Below are positions 50,701 to 57,597 of a stretch of 57,597 bases of DNA, one piece after another. Made by a program: the position numbers and the translations under genes. Below the pieces are notes generated by a model. It searched no databases. It was not told the origin of the DNA and saw only the letters and a list, made by a program, of their open reading frames with translations. This DNA comes from Hemiscyllium ocellatum (taxonomy: Eukaryota). The stretch spans positions 36,597,776 through 36,655,372 of the forward strand of contig NC_083418.1 in assembly GCF_020745735.1 (NCBI RefSeq), given 5' to 3'. The stretch's first letter is position 1. Each line of letters starts with the position of its first letter.

Positions 50701-51544
50701 CAAGAAAAAAAACAAGAACAGACAGTGGCAAGAGGTAGAAAGAACAAGAATAGAAGCATCAGAAAAAGAAAGATTGCAGCAACAAAGAGCTACTGTTGTA
50801 AAGATGAACAAGAGAGCGCAGTGTGACAAGGAACAGGAGATTAAATTATTCCTGACTAATTTCTAAAATGTTGTTCTGCACTTGTCAGCACCTGTTAAAA
50901 TGACAGTTGTCTAATCAGATATTGTCATATTTGAGACAGGTTGTGTCTTGAATTATGATACTGGGCGAGGTATAACCAAGCACCATTAATAACTTAGCAG
51001 CCTTGATTTATAAGCCAATTATCATATAGGAATGATTTCAGCAACCCCCACTACATTTGACAAATGCAGTTAATTGTGATCTCATGCTATATCAAGTATT
51101 AGAAAAATTCAGTTTTTAAGGGACTCCAATCTCCATCATTTTGTTATTTTCCCATTATGAATTCTTGGACTCATTTTTAATTGGACAATATCCAAATGAC
51201 AAATACCATTCAAGGAAATTCCTCTTTATCCTTGACAGCTTAGATCTTTCTATAGTGCAGAAATTTTACCTGCTACAAATTTGGACTCCTGACCTTAGCA
51301 AAAGCGCTGGAATCAACATCACTCTACCAGGTTCAACAGGGTCCTTGACCCCACAAAGCTGGTCAATATGTAGAGCAACTGAAACCGGGCAAAGGTTTTT
51401 AAATGTTTTCACATCATGGTGCTGGGAATTTTAATCCTTTTTTCATTTCATTCATGCAAGGCATTGTGGACATCACCTGGTAAAGTTGGGCCAAAGGGCC
51501 TGTTTCCACACTGTAGGGAATCTAAGCTACTCTTTAAAAAAAAG

Positions 51545-52535
51545 CCTGCATTTATTGTCGATCTCTAAAGGCAGCATGTATATTTGAATCACTGCACTCT
51601 TTGGGATGTGGGAAAGCCCATTGTGCTATGAGGAAGGTGTTTCCAGGATTCTGGCCCAAAACAGTGAAGGAAAAATGATATATTTCTGAGTCAAGATGGT
51701 ATGTGTCTTGGAGGAGAACTTGCAAGTGGTGGTGTCCCATGGAACTGCTACCCATTCTAGAGTTCTTAGGTCTGGAAGGGAGTGTGAAGAAGTCTGGGTG
51801 AGTTGCCACAATGCATTTTGTGATGGAACTGCTGGCTTTGTACCTTGGTGGTGAAGGGAGTGAATATTGAAGATAATGCATTGTGTGCCAAGCAAGCAGA
51901 TGCTTTGTCTTGTGCGGAGTCGAGCTGTTTAAGTGCAGTTGGACCTGTACCAATTCAAGCAAGTACAGACTTACCTTCTTGAAATATTTTGAGGGAGTCT
52001 GGCCTGGTCCATAACACATTTCTGACTTGAGTCTTGTAGATTGTATACAGGAATTGGGAAAACAGATAATGAGTTATTCGACACAGAATTTCCTAGGAAC
52101 TAACTTGCTCACATTGCCACAATATTTATATAGATATTCCAGTCAGAGAGTGTGGTGCAGGAAAGTACAGCTGGTCAGACAGCATCTGAGGAGCAGGAAA
52201 GTCGATGTTTCAAGCATAAGCTTTTAGTCAGCAGCTTATGCCAATGAAGAGCTTATGCTTGAAATGTCGACTCTCCTGCTCCTTGGATACTGCCTGACCA
52301 GCTGCACTTTTCCAGCACCACACTTTTTGACTCTGACCTCTAGCATTTGCAGTCCTCACTTTCTCCATATACATATTCCAATTCATTTTCTGGTCAATGG
52401 TAATTCCTGGATGTTGATAGTGGTAATTCAGTGGTAATGCCATTGAATATCTAGAAACATTGGTTAGTTTCTATCTAGTTGGAGATGGCCATTGCTTGGC
52501 ACTCGTGTGACATGAATGTTACTTGTCGTTTGGAT
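51545..52535 (-). mobile_element. L2/CR1-superfamily LINE 3' part with nested LTR-like fragment (~51965-52016) and PLE hairpin
   Basis: Minus strand reads GITIDQKMNW; reverse-complement homologous to 45605-46072 and 27250-27435. Confidence 0.8.
52142..52366 (+). mobile_element. PLE terminal-repeat hairpin insertion
   Basis: 14-bp TSD ATATAGATATTCCA / ATATACATATTCCA (52128-52141, 52367-52380); inverted arms; the right arm starts ATGAAGAGCTTATGCTTGAAATGTCGAC. Confidence 0.88.
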
Positions 52536-53013
52536 ATGGCCTTATAGAAAATGACTCCAAGATTTCAAAATGAGAAAATAAAGAAATGATGGAGATTGGC
52601 ATCCCTTAAAAACTGATGTTTTCTAATATTTAATTTAGCATGAGATCACATTTAACTGCTGTTACAACAGTAACTAGCTTTTCAAATTTCTAGTAAATAA
52701 AACTAAAAAAAACAAGAATCACCAAGATCACCAACATCATGATGCTCCTTTGATCTGACATCAAAGATGTATCTGGTGTTACATGTAGCCTACTATCAAT
52801 TTGTTGCTTAGGAAAGCAAGAAGTTCCATTCTTCCAAAGAACGGCAAACAGACAAACATCATCCTAATGTCATGCCTATGGTCATTGGCTGAAAGGGTTC
52901 AGACAGATGATTGACATAGCATAGGATGCCAGCCCTTAATATAGAATAACAGAGCAGGTAGGAAGTTAGAGTGAGGGAGTTGTCAAGTAGAATGTGCCAC
53001 CATCTTGAGAGGA

Positions 53014-53063
53014 GTCCAGGGGTCCAGGGGTCCAGGGGTCCAGGGGTCCAGGGGTCCAGGGGT
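53014..53063 (+). repeat. Perfect tandem repeat (GTCCAGGG)x6
   Basis: Six exact 8-bp units. Confidence 0.97.
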
Positions 53064-53220
53064 AGAGCGATAACTGTTATCACGAAAGACAGCAAAACAT
53101 CCAGGATGAATAGTCCACTGTGCCAAACCATACAGCACACTTCCTCAGTTTTTTCATTTGTCAGATCTGAAAGTTCACAATAGCTGCACTGTGGGTCCGA
53201 GACACTGCACATTCACTAAA

Positions 53221-56200
53221 CCAACCACCCTCCCTTTCCTTCTCATTCTCTTCACTTCTTCCTCCCCCTTTCTCCTCACCTCCACTTCTTCTCCCCTGTC
53301 TGTCCCTTTCTCCTCCTCCGCCCACTCCTCCCTTTGTCCTCCCCTCCATTCTCCCTGTCCCCATCCTACCTTTCCCTCCATCCCTCCCTCTCCACTCCTG
53401 CCCTATTCCTCTCCCCTGCCCATTCCCCTCTCCTCCCCTTCCCATTATCGACCACCCACCCTCCCATTTTCTTTACCTCCCTCCCCCTTTCTCCCTCCCC
53501 CACTCTTTCTCCCCCCTTCTCCTTCCCCCTCCCTTTCTCCCCGCTTCTCCCTCCATTATTCTCTTCACTTCTTCCTCCCCTTTTTCTCTTCATTAGCAGT
53601 TAGTGTAGAGATGTACACCTCCAGCTTTTCTCCTCCCTGTCCCTCCCTTTCTCCACCTACCCACAACCCTCCCTTTCTCCTCCCCTCCATTCTGCATCTC
53701 CCTCCCCACCTTTCCCTCCCTTTGTCCTCCTGCTATCCTTCTCTTTGTCCTCCTCCTCTTTCTCCTATGTCCCTCCCTTTCTCCTCCCACTTCCCATGTT
53801 CCTCCCCGCTCCCCCAACCTCCCTTCCCCATTCTCCTCCTCCCGCCTCTTCCTCCATACTGCTCCCTTCCTCACCCCATTCTGTTCCCTCCTCTCCCCAT
53901 TCCTCACCCCTCCCGTCCCCCCTCCCCTCCCTCATCCTCCTCTCATTCCCCCATTACCTCTCCCCAGTCCATTCCACTCGCCTCCCCATCTCCACTCGCC
54001 TCCCCATCTCCACTCGCCTCCCCATCTCCACTCCTCCCCTCCCCAATTCTACTCCACTCCCCATTCTCTTCTCCTCTCCCATTCCCCTGCCCACCCCATT
54101 CCCTCCCCTCCCCTCTTAACTCCTCCCCGTTCTCTTCCCCTCTCCCATTCCCCGCCCACCACATTCCTTCCCCTCCCTTCTTCACTCCTCCCCCTCCCCA
54201 TTCTCTTCTAATCTCCCATTCCCCTCCCCTCCCCATCTTCACTCCTCCCCCTCTCCATTCTCTTCTTCTCTCCCATTCCCTCCCCACCCCATCTTCACTC
54301 CTTCCCCTCCCCAATTCTACTCCCCTCCCCATTCTCTTCCATTCCCCTCCCTCCAAACCCCTTCCTCTCTTCCTCCTCCCCTGTCATTCCCATCCTCTCC
54401 CCACCACACACCTCTCCCTCTCCTCATAACCCTCACCCTCTTAGCCCCACTCTCCACCCCTCCCTCTTTTGCCCATACCTATTCCCCACCTCGCCCCATC
54501 CGCTCGCCTCTGCATTCGTTGCCCGTCCCCATTCCCCGCCTCTCTCCACCTTCCCCCCCATTCCCCACCCCTCTCCACCTTCCCCCCCTTCCCCACCCCA
54601 CCTTCCCCACCCCACCTTCCCCCCTCTTCCCCACCCCACCTCACCCCACCTTCGCCCCCTTCCCCACCCCACCTTGCCCCCCCTTCCCCACCCTTCCCCA
54701 CCCCTCCCCACCTTCCCCCCCTCTCCCCACCTTCCCCCCCTCTCCCCACCCCTCCCCACCTTCCCCCCCTTCCCCACCCCTCCCCACCTTCCCCCCCCTC
54801 TCCCCACCTTCCCCACCCCTCCCCACCTTCCCCCCCCCTCCCCACCTTCCCCCCCATTCCCCACCCCTCCCCACCTTCCCCTCCTCTCCCCACCTTCCCC
54901 CCCTCTCCCCACCCCTCCCCACCTTCCCCCCCTTCCCCACCCCTCCCCACCTTCCCCCCCCTCTCCCCACCTTCCCCACCCCTCCCCACCTTCCCCCCCC
55001 TCCCCACCTTCCCCCCCCTCCCCACCTTCCCCCCCATTCCCCACCCCTCTCCACCTTCCCCCCCATTCCCCACCCCTCTCCACCTTCCCCCCCATTCCCC
55101 ACCCCTCTCCACCTTCCCCCCCATTCCCCACCCCACCTTCCCCCCTCACCCCACCCCACCTCACCCCACCTTCGCCCCCTTCCCCACCCCACCTTGCCCC
55201 ACCCCACCTTCCCCCCCTCTCCCCACCTTCCCCCCCATTCCCCACCCCTCTCCACCTTCCCCCCCATTCCCCACCCCTCTCCACCTTCCCCCCCTTCCCC
55301 ACCCCACCTTCCCCCCTCTTCCCCACCCCACCTTCCCCCCTCTTCCCCACCCCACCTTCCCCCCTCTTCCCCACCCCACCTTCCCCCCTCTTCCCTACCC
55401 CACCCCACCTCCGCCCCCTTCCCCACCCTACCTTCCCCCCTTCCCCACCCTACCTTCCCCCCTTCCCCACCACACCTTGCCCCCCCTTCCCCACCCCACC
55501 TTCCCCCCTCTTCCCCACCCCACCTTCCCCCCTCTTCCCCACCCCACCTTCCCCCCTCTTCCCCACCCCACCTTCCCCACCCCACCTTCCCCCCTCACCC
55601 CACCCCACCCCACCTTCGCCCCCTTCCCCCCCCTTCCCCACCCCACCTTGCCCCACACCACCTTGCCCCCCCTTCCCCACCCCTCCCCACCTTCCCCCCC
55701 TCCCCACCTTCCCCCCATTCCCCACCCTTCTCCACCTTCCCCCCCATTCCCCACCCCTCTCCACCTTCCCCACCCCACCTTCCCCCCTCTTCCCCACCCC
55801 ACCTTCGCCCCCTTCCCCCCCCTTCCCCACCCCACCTTGCCCCCCCTTCCCCACCCCACCTTGCCCCCCCTTCCCCACCCCTCCCCACCTTCCCCCCCAT
55901 TCCCCACCCCTCTCCACCTTCCCCCCATTCCCCACCCCTCTCCACCTCCCCCCCCTTCCCCACCCCTCCCGACCTTCCCCCCACTTCCCTTCCCCCCTTC
56001 CTTCCCCCCCACTTCCCTTCCCCCCCTTCCTTCCCCCCTTCCCCACCCCACCTTCACCCCTTCCCCCCCATTCCCCACCCCACCTTCCCCCCATTCCCCA
56101 CCCCTCCCGACCTTCCCCCCATTCCCCACCCCACCTTCCCCCACTTTCCTTCCCCACCCCACCTTCCCACCTTCCCCCCTTCTCCCCACCCCACCTTCCC

Positions 56201-57597
56201 CCCTCCCCCCCACCCCACCCCACCTTCCTCCCACCCCCCTTCCCCCCCCCCTTCCCCCCCTCCCCACCCCCCCTTCCCCACCCCACCTTCCCCCCTTCCC
56301 GCCCCTCCCCACCCCCCCTTCCCCCCCTTCCCCACCCCACCTTCCCCCCTTCCCCGCCCCTCCCCACCCCCCCTTCCCCCCCTTCCCCACCCCCCCTTCC
56401 CCCCCTTCCCCACCCCACCTTCCCCCCCTTCCCCACCCCACCTTCCCCCCCTCCCCCACCCCCCCTTCCCCCCCTCCCCCACCCCCCCTTCCCCACCCCA
56501 CCTTCCCCCTTCCCCCCTCCCCACCCCACCTTCCCCCCCTTACCCACCCCACCTTCCCCCCTTCCCCACCCCACCTTCCCCCCTTGCCCCCCTCCCCACC
56601 CCACCTTCCCCCCCTTACCCACCCCACCTTCCCCCCCATTCCCCACCCCTCCCGACCTTCCCCCCTTCCCCACCCCACCTTCCCCCCACTTCCCTTCCCC
56701 CCACTTCCCTTCCCCCCCTTCCTTCCCCCCACTTCCCTCCCTTCCTTCCCCCCACTTCCCTTCCCCCCTTCCTTCCCTTCCCCCCCTTCCTTCCCCCCTT
56801 CCCCACCCCAACTTCACCCCTTCCCCCCCATTCCCCACCCCACCTTCCCCCCATTCCCCACCCCACCTTCCCCCCATTCCCCACCCCTCCCGACCTTCCC
56901 CCCCATTCCCCACCCCTCCCGACCTTCCCCCCCATTCCCCACCCCACCTCCCCCCCATTCCCCACCCCTCCCGACCTTCCCCCCACTTCCCTTCCCCCCT
57001 TCCTTCCCCCCCACTTCCCTTCCCCCCCTTCCTTCCCCCCTTCCCCACCCCACCTTCACCCCTTCCCCCCATTCCCCACCCCACCTTCACCCCTTCCCCC
57101 CCATTCCCCACCCCACCTTCCCCCCCCTTCCCCACCCCACCTTCACCCCTTCCCCCCCATTCCCCACCCCACCTTCCCCCCATTCCCCACCCCACCTTCA
57201 CCCCTTCCCCCCCATTCCCCACCCCACCTTCCCCCCATTCCCCACCCCACCTTCACCCCTTCCCCCCCATTCCCCACCCCACCTTCCCCCCCATTCCCCA
57301 CCCCACCTTCCCCCCCCATTCCCCACCCCACCTTCCCCCCCTTCCCCACCCCTCCCGACCTTCCCCCCCTTCCCCACCCCACCTTCCCCCCACTTCCCTT
57401 CCCCCCTTCCCCACCCCACCTTCCCCCTTCCCCCCCCCTCCCCACCCCCCCTTCCCCACCCCACCTTCCCCCCCATTCCCCACCCCACCTTCCCCCCCCA
57501 TTCCCCACCCCACCTTCCCCCCCTTCCCCACCCCTCCCGACCTTCCCCCCCCTTCCCCACCCCACCTTCCCCCCCACTTCCCTTCCCCCCTTCCCCA
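53221..57597. repeat. C-rich low-complexity tract grading into a ~18-25 bp minisatellite (CCCCACCCCACCTTCCCCCC(A)TT variants)
   Basis: Plus strand almost devoid of G; degenerate C/T sequence from 53221 to 54430, regular units from ~54530 to the window end. Confidence 0.97.

Noticed and set aside
51141-51434. 97-aa ORF with an internal acceptor-like site at 51238
   Set aside because: Weak donor, no recognisable product and no linked exons.
6791-52366. Recurrent short repeats as a CRISPR-like array
   Set aside because: Dispersed, in both orientations, with TSDs and no regular spacing; vertebrate context.
52859-53212. 117-aa ORF with an LDPWTPGP repeat and a hydrophobic stretch
   Set aside because: The peptide repeat derives from an 8-bp (non-triplet) tandem repeat; no homology recognised.
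53158-57577. Long Pro/Ser-rich and Gly-rich ORFs (up to 590 aa)
   Set aside because: Open in several frames on both strands because the low-complexity tract rarely forms stop codons; no domain structure.

Overview
Repeat-dense, apparently intergenic or intronic DNA from a cartilaginous fish. The HE1-type V-SINEs with (TAATC)n tails and their CR1 partners point to an elasmobranch, probably a carpet or bamboo shark (inference). I recognise no intact host protein-coding gene; the recognisable ORFs are transposon remnants or low-complexity artefacts. The window holds many CR1 and L2-like LINE fragments, at least 7 HE1 SINEs, one decayed Gypsy LTR element with both LTRs, PIF/Harbinger relics (Myb/SANT ORF, HARBI1-like transposase, MITEs) and two GIY-YIG Penelope-like elements (PLEs). 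Three features stand out. (1) More than a dozen short PLE terminal-repeat insertions, most carrying hammerhead-ribozyme motifs, often as inverted hairpins and with clean 7-16 bp TSDs; their 5' junctions cluster at the ribozyme core, and one copy (47559-47593, minus) keeps a complete minimal core. (2) A ~1.1 kb inverted duplication (37800-38935 / 46075-47240) with a 141-bp core at 94% identity and a CTCF-like motif kept in both arms in divergent orientation. (3) A C-rich, pyrimidine-biased minisatellite over 4.3 kb long (G4, i-motif or triplex prone) that runs off the right end. All alignments were done by eye, so boundaries of old repeats are approximate.
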